Of a stretch of 64,000 nt of DNA, positions 20,879 to 32,498 are shown one piece after another. Both the position numbers and the translations under genes were made by a program. The notes beneath the pieces are model-generated. The model was not told where the DNA came from and did not search any database. It saw only the letters and a list, made by a program, of their open reading frames with translations. Source of the DNA: an uncultured Gammaproteobacteria bacterium. Its GTDB lineage: Bacteria > Pseudomonadota > Gammaproteobacteria > CAWCPV01. Position 1 is the first letter of the stretch. Every line of letters starts with the position of its first letter. The DNA is taken from the NCBI GenBank assembly GCA_963797555.1, contig CAWCPV010000010.1, forward strand, positions 1 through 64,000, in the 5' to 3' direction.

Positions 20879-20936
20879 CTCCGAACAGCCCCGCTCTTTG
20901 TTGCCGAATCACAGGGGATGGGCACGCGAAGCACAA

Positions 20937-22196
20937 TTATAGGTCCCCCCGCACCACCTCGGCCACCGTGTGAAACGAGCCGAAGACCAGCAAGCGATCA
21001 CCCTCCGTGGCCTCCGCCAAGGCGCCTCGATAAGCATCCATGACATTGTCGAACACATGGAGCGGCGCTCCGGACTGAGCGGCTATCTGCGCGGCGAGCC
21101 GTTCCCGCGAGGCCGCTCGCGCCGTATCCAGCGGTGCCACATACCAGCCGTCCACCGCCGGGCGCATAGCCTGCGTCACACCAGCGATGTCCTTGTCCCC
21201 AAGCATGGAGAACACGGCAAGGGTTCGCCCGCGGCCCGGAGTGCCGAGCAGGGCGGCAGCCAGGGCACCGGCCGCGTGGGGGTTGTGGGCCACATCCAAG
21301 ATGCGCTGCACGCGCCCACCCGACACCTGGAAGCGCCCCGGCAGTTGCACGGTGCGGAGTCCTTGGTGCAGGCGCTCAATCGTCCACGGGAGGTCATCCC
21401 GCAGGGCAACCAAGGCCGCAACCGCGCCAGCCGCGTTGTCGAGCTGGAACGCGCCGCCCAGCGCAGGTAAGGGGAGCTCCTCGAACGTGTGTTCCAGCCC
21501 GCTCCACCGCCACGCGCCGCCCTGCCGTTCGTAATCGAAATCTCTCCCCAGCACGCGCAGAACTGTACCGAGCTTCGCGGCGTGCGTCGCGAGGGTTCCT
21601 GGCGGTCGGCGATCGCTACACACCGCCGGCCGCAGGGGGCGGAAGATGCCCGCCTTCTCCCGTGCGATACTTTCGCGATCCGGCCCCAGCCACTCGGTAT
21701 GGTCGACGCCTATGGCTGTCACGATGGCCAGATCCGCATCCACGCAGTTCACGGCATCCAGTCGACCTCCCAGCCCCACCTCGAGCAGCGCAACGTCTAA
21801 CCTTGCGCCGGCAAACACCAGCAAAGCCGCCAGGGTACCGAACTCGAAGTACGTCAGCGCGATGGTACCACGCGCTTGGTCGACGACCTCGAAGGCCTCA
21901 CAGAGCGCTCGGTCGCTCACCGCAGCCCCGTCAACCCTCACACGCTCGTTGTACCGGACGAGGTGCGGAGAGGTGTACGAACCCACCCGATGACCCGCGG
22001 CGCTCAGCACCGATGCCAGCATCGCGACCGTGGATCCCTTGCCGTTGGTTCCGGCCACGGTCACGATGCGACGGGCCGGGGCCACCCCGCCCAGACGGGA
22101 CACAACCTCCGTCACACAATCGAGCCCCAGGTCGATGGGCCGAGGGTGTAGCCGCTCTTGCCAGGCAAGCCAGCCTTCAAGGGTCGCGAAACGCAC
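20937..22196 (-). CDS. folC: Folylpolyglutamate synthase/dihydrofolate synthase
   Basis: VAGTNGKGS, EVGLGGRLDA, LDVAHNP, FGSFHTV. Confidence 0.96.
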   Translation of the reverse strand: MRFATLEGWLAWQERLHPRPIDLGLDCVTEVVSRLGGVAPARRIVTVAGTNGKGSTVAMLASVLSAAGHRVGSYTSPHLVRYNERVRVDGAAVSDRALCEAFEVVDQARGTIALTYFEFGTLAALLVFAGARLDVALLEVGLGGRLDAVNCVDADLAIVTAIGVDHTEWLGPDRESIAREKAGIFRPLRPAVCSDRRPPGTLATHAAKLGTVLRVLGRDFDYERQGGAWRWSGLEHTFEELPLPALGGAFQLDNAAGAVAALVALRDDLPWTIERLHQGLRTVQLPGRFQVSGGRVQRILDVAHNPHAAGALAAALLGTPGRGRTLAVFSMLGDKDIAGVTQAMRPAVDGWYVAPLDTARAASRERLAAQIAAQSGAPLHVFDNVMDAYRGALAEATEGDRLLVFGSFHTVAEVVRGDL

Positions 22197-22248
22197 GGCC
22201 GGGGTCCGGGGCTCTAACCGCGAAGGGCACCGCACATCGAGGCGGAAG

Positions 22249-23157
22249 TCACGCTTCGGGGGTGGTGACTGGATGGTCCGCGGGCTGCACCGGAACATCA
22301 CCCACCACCCCGTGTGTGAGCATCGATATCAGCCGGGCCACCCTCGGACGCAGCTCGCGGCGGTCGATGATCAGGTCGACCGCCCCATGCTCCAACAGGA
22401 ACTCACTACGCTGGAAGCCCTCCGGAAGGGTCTCGCGGACGGTCTGCTCGATGACTCGCGGACCAGCGAACCCAATGAGTGCCCCAGGCTCTGCAATGTT
22501 GATGTCCCCTAGCATGGCCAAGCTTGCGGACACCCCGCCCATGGTTGGATCGGTCAGTACCGAGATAAAGGGGATACCTCGCTGCTTCAGGCGCGCCAGC
22601 GCGGCACTGGTCTTAGCCATCTGCATGAGCGAGATGAGCGCCTCTTGCATACGTGCTCCACCGCTCGCAGAGAAGCAGACTAAGGGCACAGCCTGCTCCA
22701 GGCAAACGCCCACTGCCCGCACGAATCGCTCGCCTACCACCGACCCCATGGACCCACCCATGAAGCGGAACTCGAAGGCAACGGCCACGACTGGAAGGCC
22801 CAACACCTGACCCCGCATCGCTACCAGCGCATCCAGCTCGCCCGTGATTTTCTGCGCCTGGGCTAAGCGATCCTTGTACTTCTTGGTATCTCTGAACTTC
22901 AAGGAATCGACCGGCTCCAACTCGCCACCGATCTCCGCACGCGGCTCGAGGTCCAGGAAACCGTCCAGGCGCCTGCGCGCGCCGATCCGCATGTGTGATC
23001 CACACTTAGGGCAGACTTCGAGGTTGCGTTCCAGCTCTGCCCGGTAGAGCACGGCATTGCATGCGGCGCACTTGATCCATAGCCCCTCGGGAACTGCCTT
23101 CTTGCGGATGCCGTCGGTGCGGATCTTGGTCGGCAATAGCTTCTGAAACCAGCTCAT
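22249..23157 (-). CDS. accD: Acetyl-CoA carboxylase carboxyltransferase beta
   Basis: VPEGLWIKC zinc finger, [15 protein letters not shown]. Confidence 0.97.
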   Translation of the reverse strand: MSWFQKLLPTKIRTDGIRKKAVPEGLWIKCAACNAVLYRAELERNLEVCPKCGSHMRIGARRRLDGFLDLEPRAEIGGELEPVDSLKFRDTKKYKDRLAQAQKITGELDALVAMRGQVLGLPVVAVAFEFRFMGGSMGSVVGERFVRAVGVCLEQAVPLVCFSASGGARMQEALISLMQMAKTSAALARLKQRGIPFISVLTDPTMGGVSASLAMLGDINIAEPGALIGFAGPRVIEQTVRETLPEGFQRSEFLLEHGAVDLIIDRRELRPRVARLISMLTHGVVGDVPVQPADHPVTTPEA

Positions 23158-23189
23158 GGAAGGGAGTACCGATGGCCCTGCAAAGGGCC

Positions 23190-23996
23190 TCATGCCCCAT
23201 CCATGGCCTGGCGCATCCCGGCGACTGCCGCCGACAAGGCGGCCGGCACCCGCTCAGGTTCATCCAGCAGCGACTCGATTCGTCGCACCAGGGCGCTGCC
23301 GACGACGACGGCATCCGCAAACTGGGCCACCTGTGCGGCCACCTGGGGGCTGCTGATACCGAAGCCAACCCCGATGGGGATGTGGATCGACGTTTTCAGC
23401 TGAGCGATCCTAGCCGCCACGGCCTGCACATCCAAGTGACTCGCTCCGGTAACTCCTTTGAGGGACACGTAGTAGACAAAACCGCCGGCGTGCTTGGAGA
23501 TCGCTGCCACCCGGTCAGCGGAGGTGGTCGGCGCCACCAGGAAGACGGGGTGCAATCCCTCGGCACGCAGTGCGCCAACCAGATCGCCCGCCTCCTCGGG
23601 AGGCATGTCCACGGTGAGTACGCCGTCTACACCGGCCTCCCGGGCGGACTGAGCAAACGCGCAGTAGCCCATGACCTCCACCGGGTTCAGGTACCCCATC
23701 AGCACCAACGGCGTGCGTGCATCCGCCGACCTGAACTCCCGAACCATGTCCAAAACGCGGTGCAGACTCACGTGGTGGTCCAGGGCACGCTCGCTCGCCC
23801 TCTGGATGACAGGACCGTCCGCCATAGGATCGGAAAAGGGCACGCCCAGTTCGATGATATCGGCGCCAGCCTCAGCAAGGCGGTGCAGTATCGGAACGGT
23901 CAGCCCCGGAGCCGGGTCGCCGGCGGTCACGAAGGGTAGCAGTGCCTTGCGCCCCTGTGCTCTCAGGGCGGCAAAGCACGTGTCGATGCGGTTCAT
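23190..23996 (-). CDS. trpA: Tryptophan synthase alpha
   Basis: [23 protein letters not shown]. Confidence 0.97.
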   Translation of the reverse strand: MNRIDTCFAALRAQGRKALLPFVTAGDPAPGLTVPILHRLAEAGADIIELGVPFSDPMADGPVIQRASERALDHHVSLHRVLDMVREFRSADARTPLVLMGYLNPVEVMGYCAFAQSAREAGVDGVLTVDMPPEEAGDLVGALRAEGLHPVFLVAPTTSADRVAAISKHAGGFVYYVSLKGVTGASHLDVQAVAARIAQLKTSIHIPIGVGFGISSPQVAAQVAQFADAVVVGSALVRRIESLLDEPERVPAALSAAVAGMRQAMDGA

Positions 23997-25234
23997 ACCT
24001 TGATGCCTGCGTGCGCCGCCACGGTGTGGATGTCTTTGTCACCACGGCCGGAAAGATTCACGATCAGAATTGCTTCCCGACCGAGACTGGGCGCCAGCTT
24101 GGCGACATACGCGAGCGCGTGGCTGGATTCGAGGGCGGGGATGATGCCCTCGATGCGCGTGAGGTCGTGGAACCCCTGCAGGGCTTCCTCGTCGGTTATC
24201 GCCACGTAATGGGCGCGGCCGGTGTCCTTTAGCCAGGCGTGCTCGGGGCCCACACCGGGGTAATCCAATCCGGCCGAGATGGAATGGGTAGGCAGGATCT
24301 GCCCGTCATCGTCTTCCATCAAGTAGGTGCGGTTTCCATGCAGGACGCCGGGGCGACCGGCGCACAGCGGCGCGGCATGCTCCCCAGTGGCCAGCCCTCG
24401 CCCGGCTGCTTCCACCCCATAGAGCGCGACGTCTCGCTCACCGAGAAAGGGGTAGAACAGCCCCATGGCATTGGAGCCACCCCCGACACAGGCCACCAGC
24501 GCGTCCGGCAGACGCCCAGCCTGCTCCAGGATCTGGGCTCTCGCTTCCCGTCCGATCACCGCCTGGAAGTCCCGGACCATGACTGGATAGGGATGCGGTC
24601 CCGCAACCGTTCCGATGATATAGAAGGTGTCGTCGACGTTGGTGACCCAGTCGCGCAACGCCTCGTTGAGCGCGTCCTTGAGTGTCTTCGACCCTGAAGT
24701 GACCGCCACTACCTCGGCACCGAGCAGCTTCATGCGGTAGACGTTGATCGCCTGACGCTTGATGTCCTCCGCGCCCATATACACGACACACTCCAGACCC
24801 AAGCGGGCTGCCACGGTGGCGGTCGCCACGCCGTGCTGGCCGGCACCCGTCTCCGCAATCACCCGGGACTTCTGCATGCGCTTGGCCAGCAACGCCTGGC
24901 CCACCGTGTTATTGATCTTGTGCGCCCCGGTGTGGTTCAGATCTTCTCGCTTCAAATAGATCTGGGCACCGCCTAGCTGCTGGCTCCAGCGTCGGGCGTG
25001 GTATAGAGGACTGGGCCGCCCGACGTAGTGCCGCAGGTCTTCATCCAACTCGGCGAGGAAAGCGGGATCATCGCGCATTTGGCGGTAAGCGCTTTCCAAC
25101 TCGGCCAGGGGCTCCATGAGGGTCTCCGCCACGAAACGGCCTCCGTACACGCCGAAGTGGCCTTGCGCATCTGGCAGAGCATGCGGGGCCGGCGCGGGAT
25201 CGAGAGAATGCAGGGGTATGGACACGCTTTGCAC
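23993..25234 (-). CDS. trpB: Tryptophan synthase beta (start approximate)
   Basis: [34 protein letters not shown]. Confidence 0.97.
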   Translation of the reverse strand: MQSVSIPLHSLDPAPAPHALPDAQGHFGVYGGRFVAETLMEPLAELESAYRQMRDDPAFLAELDEDLRHYVGRPSPLYHARRWSQQLGGAQIYLKREDLNHTGAHKINNTVGQALLAKRMQKSRVIAETGAGQHGVATATVAARLGLECVVYMGAEDIKRQAINVYRMKLLGAEVVAVTSGSKTLKDALNEALRDWVTNVDDTFYIIGTVAGPHPYPVMVRDFQAVIGREARAQILEQAGRLPDALVACVGGGSNAMGLFYPFLGERDVALYGVEAAGRGLATGEHAAPLCAGRPGVLHGNRTYLMEDDDGQILPTHSISAGLDYPGVGPEHAWLKDTGRAHYVAITDEEALQGFHDLTRIEGIIPALESSHALAYVAKLAPSLGREAILIVNLSGRGDKDIHTVAAHAGIKV

Positions 25235-25238
25235 CTCG

Positions 25239-25868
25239 CTAGAGGTCTCTGGACGCCTCATGCACTTGTTGGATGAATGCCCCCATTCGGGCAGGATCCT
25301 TGATTCCCTTCGCACGCTCCACGCCGCTGCTGACGTCCACTGCGTAGGGGTTCACCTCGCGAATCGCCATAGCCACGTTGGCTGGGTTCAAGCCTCCGGC
25401 AAGCACCAGCGGCGTCCGCAACCCCTTGGGGACCAATGCCCAGTCGAAGGTCGCGCCGGTTCCGCCGGCAAACCCTTCGCGAAAGGCATCCAGCAGGAGC
25501 CCAGAGGCATCCCGGTAACGCTCCGCCAAAGCCCGCAAGTCTATTCCCGGCTTCACGGGCAGCGCCTTGATGTAGCGCCGCCCGAAGCCCTGACAAAACG
25601 AGGGATCCTCCTCCCCGTGGAACTGGAGGAGGTCGACAGGAACGGCGCGCAGCACGTCTCGTACCATCTGGGCCGACGGATTCACGAACAGGGCAACCAC
25701 CGATGTGAATGATGGAAGAGCGGCCACGATTGCCGCCGCCCGGGAAATCGACACCGCTCGAGGGCTGGGGGGATGGAACACCAAGCCGACGGCATCCACC
25801 CCCAGCTCCGATGCCCGTTGGGCATCTTCCGCCCGAGTGATGCCGCATACCTTGACGCGGATGCGCAT
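25239..25868 (-). CDS. trpF: Phosphoribosylanthranilate isomerase
   Basis: VKVCGIT, QFHGEE, LAGGL, DVSSGVE. Confidence 0.96.
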   Translation of the reverse strand: MRIRVKVCGITRAEDAQRASELGVDAVGLVFHPPSPRAVSISRAAAIVAALPSFTSVVALFVNPSAQMVRDVLRAVPVDLLQFHGEEDPSFCQGFGRRYIKALPVKPGIDLRALAERYRDASGLLLDAFREGFAGGTGATFDWALVPKGLRTPLVLAGGLNPANVAMAIREVNPYAVDVSSGVERAKGIKDPARMGAFIQQVHEASRDL

Positions 25869-25889
25869 GGCCGCAACAAAAACAACATT

Positions 25890-26684
25890 TTAGCAGATCA
25901 ATGGAGCGCCAGGAAGGCTAGGCAACCCGTAGTGCTTCGGGTATTGCACCCCCACCAGGTACAGTCCCTGGGCAGACGCGGTAATGCCGCCTAGAGTCCG
26001 GTCCCGCGCATCCAGCACCTCCCTGGCCCAGACCGGCGGTCGCGCCCCCACGCCGATGCCCAAAAGTACGCCAGCGATATTGCGTACCATGTGGTGCAGG
26101 AAAGCGTTCGCCTTGATGTCGAGCACCACGAGGTCGCCGTTGCGCACCAACTCAAGGCGGTGCACGTGCCGTACCGGGCGCTTGGCCTGGCATGCGACGG
26201 CGCGGTACGCGGAGAAGTCGTGCTCTCCGATGAGGTAGCCGGCCGCCTCTTGCATCGGTGCAAGCGACAGCGGTCGGCACTCCCAACACACCCGGTCCGC
26301 GAGCAGAGCTGGGCGGCTCCGCCGATTGAGGATCAGATATCGGTAGTGGCGCCCGGTCGCCGAGAAACGCGCGTGAAAGTCCGGGGCGACCGGCTGCGCC
26401 CAGATCACGCTTACGCCGGGGGGGAGGTGGGCGTTGGCGCCCAACACCCAAGAGCGGGGAGAACGCTCGGCCCAGGCGTCGAAGTGCACCACTTGAGCGG
26501 TGGCATGGACGCCGGCGTCGGTGCGGCCGGCACAAACCGTCCCGACGGGATGGTCCGCCACCTGCTCCAGCGCGTACTCGACGACGCCTTGCACCGTTCT
26601 GGCACCCGCCTGCGCCTGCCATCCCACGAAGTGGGTGCCCTGGTACTCGATAGCGAGGGCGATGCGGGTTGGCTGCCGGCTCAC
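25890..26684 (-). CDS. truA: tRNA pseudouridine(38-40) synthase
   Basis: AGRTDAGVHA, FHARFSA, AFLHHMVRNI. Confidence 0.96.
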   Translation of the reverse strand: MSRQPTRIALAIEYQGTHFVGWQAQAGARTVQGVVEYALEQVADHPVGTVCAGRTDAGVHATAQVVHFDAWAERSPRSWVLGANAHLPPGVSVIWAQPVAPDFHARFSATGRHYRYLILNRRSRPALLADRVCWECRPLSLAPMQEAAGYLIGEHDFSAYRAVACQAKRPVRHVHRLELVRNGDLVVLDIKANAFLHHMVRNIAGVLLGIGVGARPPVWAREVLDARDRTLGGITASAQGLYLVGVQYPKHYGLPSLPGAPLIC

Positions 26685-26777
26685 GGAGAAATCAGGCAAA
26701 GGCGGGGGGCCAAGAGTTGGCCGCAGGACGTACTTCAAGTGGCCCTGGCGAACGCCGGGCCGGCCCGCATACGGGCG

Positions 26778-29294
26778 TCAGGCTAAGCGGGCCAGCAGTG
26801 TCTCCGCCTCGGTACGGGCCGCGTCGTCGCCGTCGCGGCGGACCTCTTCCAGCAGGGCGCGCGCGTCCTCGGTGTCTCCGAGGTCCATGTAGGCCTTGGC
26901 AAGCTCGATGCGGTTAGCTATGACGTTGGCCGCGGCCTCGGCCAACGCTGACTCGTCGGCCTCCAACTCGGAGCCCTCCTCTAACGCCTCCCGACCGAGG
27001 TCCTGCTCCGTCGTGGGCTCGGTCTCCACGCGCTCCGTAAGGTCCCAGTCGAAGGCCATCCGCTCGAGCTGTTCCGCCTGCTCATGTTCTTGCTTCCCGG
27101 CCACCTCCGCACCGGGGGCTATCGGCGCCTCCGGCGGAGCCTCCGCGCGCGTCGGCGCCAATGGCTCGGTCACCTCCAAATCCAAGTCCAGATCCGGTGG
27201 CGTCTTCTCGGTCGGCGCGGAGAGCGGTTCCTTGAGGCCCCATTCGAGATCCAACGCTTCCCCCTCCTGCAGGGAGGGCAGCAATATCTCCTCGGCCGCG
27301 GCCTCGCCCTCGGCTGCGCGCCCGGACTCGGGCTTGCCTTCCGCGGTCGGCCGGTCGGCAAGCGACCAAAGTTCGTCGAGATTCAGATCCTCTGCCGGCG
27401 CGCCAGCGCCAACCGCAGCCCCTGCCTCCCTCCCTCGATCGAGCGCTACCACCTCGGCGGCGATCTGAGCTGCCGTTCCGCCGAATAGCGGCTCCTCGGG
27501 CGCAAGCTCGCGACCCATGCGAGCAACGTTTTCCCGCGCGGTGCCCGCCGCGAGGGCAGGGAGCACCCGGCGCGCCAAGGCGACGAAGCTGTCTCTGCGT
27601 TGCTCCCCGTGATAGACCTCCAGCAGCTTGACCCCCAGGTCTTGCCGTTCCGGCCGTCGGTTAAGCGCCCCTTCGAGCAGGCGCTCGGCCTCTGCATAGC
27701 GGTGTGCTGCCAACAGACCATCGGCCTGCGCCAACTCATCTTGCGGCTCCGCTCGTTCACCCAGCGCGAAGGCCTCCCGGCCCGGCACCTCAGCCTGCCG
27801 CGCGGTCACCTTGGCCTCCTGAGAGCGCGGCGCCATACGCGTGGCCATGGCCGCACGACGTCCCCGCACAGCGAACAGCGAGAGTGTACCGAGGATCAGC
27901 AGCGCAGCGATCACGGAGGCCACGATGATCGGATTTTGTGTCCACGTTCCCCAGGCAGACTCGAGCACGGCCAGCACGCCGCCGAACGCCGGCGGGGACT
28001 GCGATCCTTTCTCGGTCGGTGTCACCGTCGGCCGTACTGGGCCTCCCCCTACCGGAGCGGAGGACGCTGCCGGCTGCTCCTGGGCCTCGCCCGCGGCTGG
28101 TGGTTGCCCTCCCTGCGTCTCGCCCAACTTGGCTTGCAGGCGGGCGAGATCCTCATCCCGCAGAGTCAGCAGCCGCTGCATCGTCGCGACCACACCTTCC
28201 AACTGCTCGACGCGGCCCCGAAGCTGAGCCGCCTCCTGGTGCGAGCTGTCGAGGTCCTCGGTGGCGAGGGTCAGGCGTTCCTGCAGCGACTCCGCGCCAC
28301 CACCGCCCGTGGCTCCGGCCTGACCGGCGCCCGCCGGAGCAGGAGGGGGCGCCACCAGTCTAAGGCGCATCTCTTCCGTCTTCGTCTGGGCCTCTGCACC
28401 GGATGGGGCAGCGGACTTAGCCTGGGCGGTTGGCGTTTCGGCCGGCGCCACGTGGACAGGTGCCTGTTCCCGTTGTGGCGCTGTTGGCGCCGGCTGCCGG
28501 GCCGCGGTCTCGCGCCACGATGCACTCTGAGCACGCACTTCTTCGACAGCCTTGCGTTGGGGTGTAGCACCGATAGTGGCGATGTCGGGGACACGCAACT
28601 GCGCACCCGCCTTCACCAAGTTGATGTTGTCCCCAATGAAGGCCCTCGGGTTGGCCTTGAGGAGCGCCAGCATCATCTGCTGCACGGAGATCGACTCATC
28701 CGGCCTGAGTCGCTGGGCAATGGCCCACAAGGTCTCGGCCGGGCGAACCGGGCCGTAGACCTCGGGCAGCGGTCCCGGCGGGGTCGGCCCCTCCGGCGCT
28801 GCGAGCGCGTGACGGGGCACCGACGCGGGGCCGGCTGCCCGTGGCCTCCCCTGTTCGGCTCGAGCCAATGGCAGCCTGACCGTCGACTGTCTCGCGCGCG
28901 TGCGCGGGTCGAGCAGCAAAGTATAGCGACGCTGTAGGTGCCCCTTGGGCCAGCCTGCTTCGATCACCAGATCGACGAACGGCTCTCGCACCGGCTGGGT
29001 CGACGTCACATGGATGTACGGCACCCCACCCGGCCGTTCCAGGACTTCGAAGCGCAGCCTGCTAAGAAAGAACGGGCGTTCCATGCCGCTGCGTCGAAAC
29101 GTGGCCTCGGGGGCCACACTCACGTCCAAGTTGTGCAGCTCGTCCGGCCGCGCCGCCACAATCGGAATGTCAGCATCCAGCGGCTCGTTCAGCGCCGAAC
29201 GCACCGTGATCTCGCCGAGTCCCAGAGACAGCGCGCTGCAAGGGTATGGGCCTATCATCAGCGCGCACAACAAGAGGATCCATCTACGCCCCAT
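26778..29294 (-). CDS. fimV: FimV/HubP polar landmark protein
   Basis: LGLGEITVRSALNEPL, LysM-like TLWAIA, TM segment, C-terminal IELAKAYMDLGD..ARALLEEV. Confidence 0.93.
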   Translation of the reverse strand: MGRRWILLLCALMIGPYPCSALSLGLGEITVRSALNEPLDADIPIVAARPDELHNLDVSVAPEATFRRSGMERPFFLSRLRFEVLERPGGVPYIHVTSTQPVREPFVDLVIEAGWPKGHLQRRYTLLLDPRTRARQSTVRLPLARAEQGRPRAAGPASVPRHALAAPEGPTPPGPLPEVYGPVRPAETLWAIAQRLRPDESISVQQMMLALLKANPRAFIGDNINLVKAGAQLRVPDIATIGATPQRKAVEEVRAQSASWRETAARQPAPTAPQREQAPVHVAPAETPTAQAKSAAPSGAEAQTKTEEMRLRLVAPPPAPAGAGQAGATGGGGAESLQERLTLATEDLDSSHQEAAQLRGRVEQLEGVVATMQRLLTLRDEDLARLQAKLGETQGGQPPAAGEAQEQPAASSAPVGGGPVRPTVTPTEKGSQSPPAFGGVLAVLESAWGTWTQNPIIVASVIAALLILGTLSLFAVRGRRAAMATRMAPRSQEAKVTARQAEVPGREAFALGERAEPQDELAQADGLLAAHRYAEAERLLEGALNRRPERQDLGVKLLEVYHGEQRRDSFVALARRVLPALAAGTARENVARMGRELAPEEPLFGGTAAQIAAEVVALDRGREAGAAVGAGAPAEDLNLDELWSLADRPTAEGKPESGRAAEGEAAAEEILLPSLQEGEALDLEWGLKEPLSAPTEKTPPDLDLDLEVTEPLAPTRAEAPPEAPIAPGAEVAGKQEHEQAEQLERMAFDWDLTERVETEPTTEQDLGREALEEGSELEADESALAEAAANVIANRIELAKAYMDLGDTEDARALLEEVRRDGDDAARTEAETLLARLA

Positions 29295-29456
29295 CTCCCT
29301 CTATCCTCCTCCTTGTCTTGTCTACCCCGCCGGCACGATCCGGGACTCGCGCATTGTACTTTGTCAGTTCGCTCGTACGACACCCGGTCCGGATTGCAGC
29401 CGTCTGCCGCGCAGGACGCCACCCTCCTCGCGGGAAGCGCCGCCACTTACTATAGA

Positions 29457-30479
29457 CTACAAGTATTCCTTTACCAAGCGCTCCGCAATCTGAATACTGT
29501 TCAGCGCCGCGCCCTTGCGGACATTGTCTGCGACAATCCATAGGTCCACCCCGCGCGGGTGGGAGATGTCCTCGCGGATGCGGCCGACGTACACCGGGTC
29601 CTTTCCAGCAGCCTCGGTAACGGGCGTGGGGTAGCCACCTGACCGACGCTCGTCCACGACCTGAACCCCAGGAGCGGCGCGCAACAGATCCAGCACCTGC
29701 GCGGCGCTAATCTTCTCGCGGGTCTCCACGTGTACCGCCTCTGCATGACCATAGAAGACGGGCACGCGCACGGTGGTGGGGTTTACCATGATGTGGTCGT
29801 CACCCATGATCTTGCGGGTCTCCCACACCATCTTCATTTCTTCCTTCGTATATCCGTTTTCCATGAAAACGTCGATGTGGGGCAGCACATTGAAGGCGAT
29901 CTGTTTGGGATAGACCTTGGCCTCGATCGGCCGGCCGTTGAGCAGTTGGGCGCTTTGAGCGGCCAGCTCCTCGATGGCCTCCTTTCCCGTACCCGACACC
30001 GCCTGATAGGTCGCGACGTTGATGCGCTCAATCCCCACCGCGTCATAGATCGGCTTCAGGGCCACCACCATCTGGATCGTGGAACAGTTAGGGTTCGCAA
30101 CGATCCCGCGGGCACGGTACTGCTCCAGCGTGTGCAGATTGACCTCCGGTACCACCAGAGGGATATCCGGCTCGTAGCGGAACTGGGACGTGTTGTCCAC
30201 CACCACGCACCCCGCCGCGGCGGCCTTGGGAGCGTATTCCGCGGACACCGAGGCCCCAGCCGAGAACAGGCCGATCCGGGCTCTCGAGAAGTCGAAGGCA
30301 GCCAAATCCTGGACGCGGACATCCTCGCCTCTGAAGGACACGACTTTCCCGGCCGAACGCTCGCTGGCTAACGCATACACCTGCTCGACGGGGAAGCCGC
30401 GCTGCTCGAGGATTTCGAGCATGGCTTCGCCGACGGTCCCGGTAGCACCCACCACGGCCACGCCGAATCGCCTATCCAT
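29457..30479 (-). CDS. asd: Aspartate-semialdehyde dehydrogenase
   Basis: VGATGTVG, ANPNCSTIQ, DNVRKGAALN. Confidence 0.97.
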   Translation of the reverse strand: MDRRFGVAVVGATGTVGEAMLEILEQRGFPVEQVYALASERSAGKVVSFRGEDVRVQDLAAFDFSRARIGLFSAGASVSAEYAPKAAAAGCVVVDNTSQFRYEPDIPLVVPEVNLHTLEQYRARGIVANPNCSTIQMVVALKPIYDAVGIERINVATYQAVSGTGKEAIEELAAQSAQLLNGRPIEAKVYPKQIAFNVLPHIDVFMENGYTKEEMKMVWETRKIMGDDHIMVNPTTVRVPVFYGHAEAVHVETREKISAAQVLDLLRAAPGVQVVDERRSGGYPTPVTEAAGKDPVYVGRIREDISHPRGVDLWIVADNVRKGAALNSIQIAERLVKEYL

Positions 30480-30492
30480 CCGCAATGCCCCT

Positions 30493-31569
30493 TCAGTGAC
30501 CCCGAAATGCGGCTAGCACCGCATCTCCCATCTGGCGCGTCCCCACCTTTTCCGTACCCGGCACCCAGAGATCCGCCGTCCGCAGCCCCCGTTTCAGCAC
30601 TGCGCGCACCGCCCCGTCAAGTCGTGTCGCGAGATCGGGCTGCCCCAGACTGTATCGCAACATCATCGCAACCGACAGCAAGGTCGCCAGCGGATTCGCC
30701 ACACCGCTACCCGCGATATCGGGTGCCGAGCCATGGACCGGCTCGTACATGCCCTTGGCGGCGGCATCCAGCGACGCCGAGGGCAGCATGCCGATGGAGC
30801 CGGTGAGCATCGCCGCACAGTCCGACAGAATGTCGCCGAACATGTTTGTGGTCACGATGACGTCGAACTGCTTGGGCGCGCGGATGAGCTGCATTGCTGC
30901 GTTGTCCACGTACATGTGGGAGAGCGCCACGTCGCGGTAGTCTCGGTGGAGCTCTGTGATGACCTGGCGCCAGAGCTCCGTGGCCTCCAGAACATTGGCC
31001 TTGTCCACCGAGCACAGCCGTCCGTTGCGCTTGCGAGATGCTTCGAAGGCTACACGCCCAATGCGGCGAATCTCGGATTCACTGTACACGAGCGTGTTGA
31101 AGCCCTGCCGCTCGCCGTTATCCAGGCGGCGAATGCCGCGCGGCTGGCCGAAGTAGATGCCGCCGGTCAGCTCCCGCACGATCAGGATGTCCAGACCGGA
31201 CACCACTGCAGGCTTCAGGGTCGATGCTTCCGCCAGCTCGGGATAAAGGACGGCCGGCCGCAGATTCGCAAACAAACCCAGCCCGGCGCGCAGGCCCAGC
31301 AGACCCTGCTCGGGCCGTCGCTCCCGTTCCAGACCGTCCCACTGAGGTCCCCCAACGGCCCCCAGGAGCACGGCGTCCGCCTCCTGCGCCAGCTTCAGGG
31401 TCCTTTCCGGCAGGGGCCAACCCGTCGCTTCAACGGCGGCGCCACCGATCAGCTCGTGCTCGACCTCCACCGCGAACCCGAAGTCCTGACGCAGACAGTC
31501 CAGGAGCTTGAGGGCCTCCGCGACAATCTCGGGGCCGATTCCGTCACCCGCGAGTGCGGCGATCTTCAT
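30493..31569 (-). CDS. leuB: 3-isopropylmalate dehydrogenase
   Basis: [36 protein letters not shown]. Confidence 0.97.
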   Translation of the reverse strand: MKIAALAGDGIGPEIVAEALKLLDCLRQDFGFAVEVEHELIGGAAVEATGWPLPERTLKLAQEADAVLLGAVGGPQWDGLERERRPEQGLLGLRAGLGLFANLRPAVLYPELAEASTLKPAVVSGLDILIVRELTGGIYFGQPRGIRRLDNGERQGFNTLVYSESEIRRIGRVAFEASRKRNGRLCSVDKANVLEATELWRQVITELHRDYRDVALSHMYVDNAAMQLIRAPKQFDVIVTTNMFGDILSDCAAMLTGSIGMLPSASLDAAAKGMYEPVHGSAPDIAGSGVANPLATLLSVAMMLRYSLGQPDLATRLDGAVRAVLKRGLRTADLWVPGTEKVGTRQMGDAVLAAFRGH

Positions 31570-32250
31570 GCCTCGTCAGCGTCCGATCCGACGCCGCCTT
31601 CGCGCCCTGCGGCGCTAAACAGCCACGGCGCTTCCCGCTTACGCCGCTGCTCGTAGGCCTGGATCTCCGCGACGTGCTGCAGGGTGAGTCCGATGTCGTC
31701 CAGACCTTGGACCAGGGAGTCCTTGCGGAAGGAGTCCACAGCGAAGGGGATGGCGTCTCCCGTGGGCGTTGTGATGGTCTGAGCCGGCAGATCGATGACC
31801 AGATGATAGCCCGTGGTGTCCTCCACCGCTTGGAACAAGCGGTCCACGACTTGAGTATCAAGAACGATCGGCAACAGCCCATTCTTGAAGCAGTTGCTAT
31901 AGAAAATATCCGCAAAGCTCGGCGCAATGAGAGCGCGGAAGCCATACTCGTGCAACGCCCAGGGGGCGTGCTCGCGGCTCGACCCACAGCCGAAATTCGC
32001 TCGTGCCAGCAAAACCTGCGCTCCCCGATAGCGGGCATGGTTCAACACGAAGTCCCGGGTTGGCCGGCCGCTGGCTGCAGTCCATTCCGGGCTCGCCGTG
32101 ATCGAGGTAGCGCCACTCGTCGAACAGATAGGGCCCAAAACCGGTCCGCCGGATGGACTTCAAGAACTGCTTGGGAATGATCGCGTCGGTGTCAACGTTG
32201 GCCCGGTTCAGCGGCGCCACCAACCCATCGAAGACGGTAAAGGGTTCCAT
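31566..32250 (-). CDS. leuD: Isopropylmalate dehydratase small subunit, +1 frameshift near 32057
   Basis: [14 protein letters not shown] in one frame; [15 protein letters not shown] in the other. Confidence 0.95.
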
Positions 32251-32252
32251 GG

Positions 32253-32486
32253 TCAGCGTGCGGACTTCTCGATGGCCTCCCCCGCTCCTTTGATGTCCTT
32301 TCTCAAGCCCGCTACGGTATTGCACCCTGCCATCGCGACCATCACAGCGCCTAGCATGCCCGCCCGGGCTAGGCGGGCTCTGGCGCGCCCACCCGCGGAT
32401 CCTGGGGCTCCCCGGCTTGGCACCCCGCCATCGTCGGCGACGCTCCGGCCGCTCGCGGTCGCTACCATTCTCAGCACCGTATCCAT
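32253..32486 (-). CDS. Entericidin A/B family lipoprotein (start uncertain)
   Basis: [25 protein letters not shown] between leuC and leuD. Confidence 0.8.
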   Translation of the reverse strand: MDTVLRMVATASGRSVADDGGVPSRGAPGSAGGRARARLARAGMLGAVMVAMAGCNTVAGLRKDIKGAGEAIEKSAR

Positions 32487-32498
32487 GGCCCACCTCGC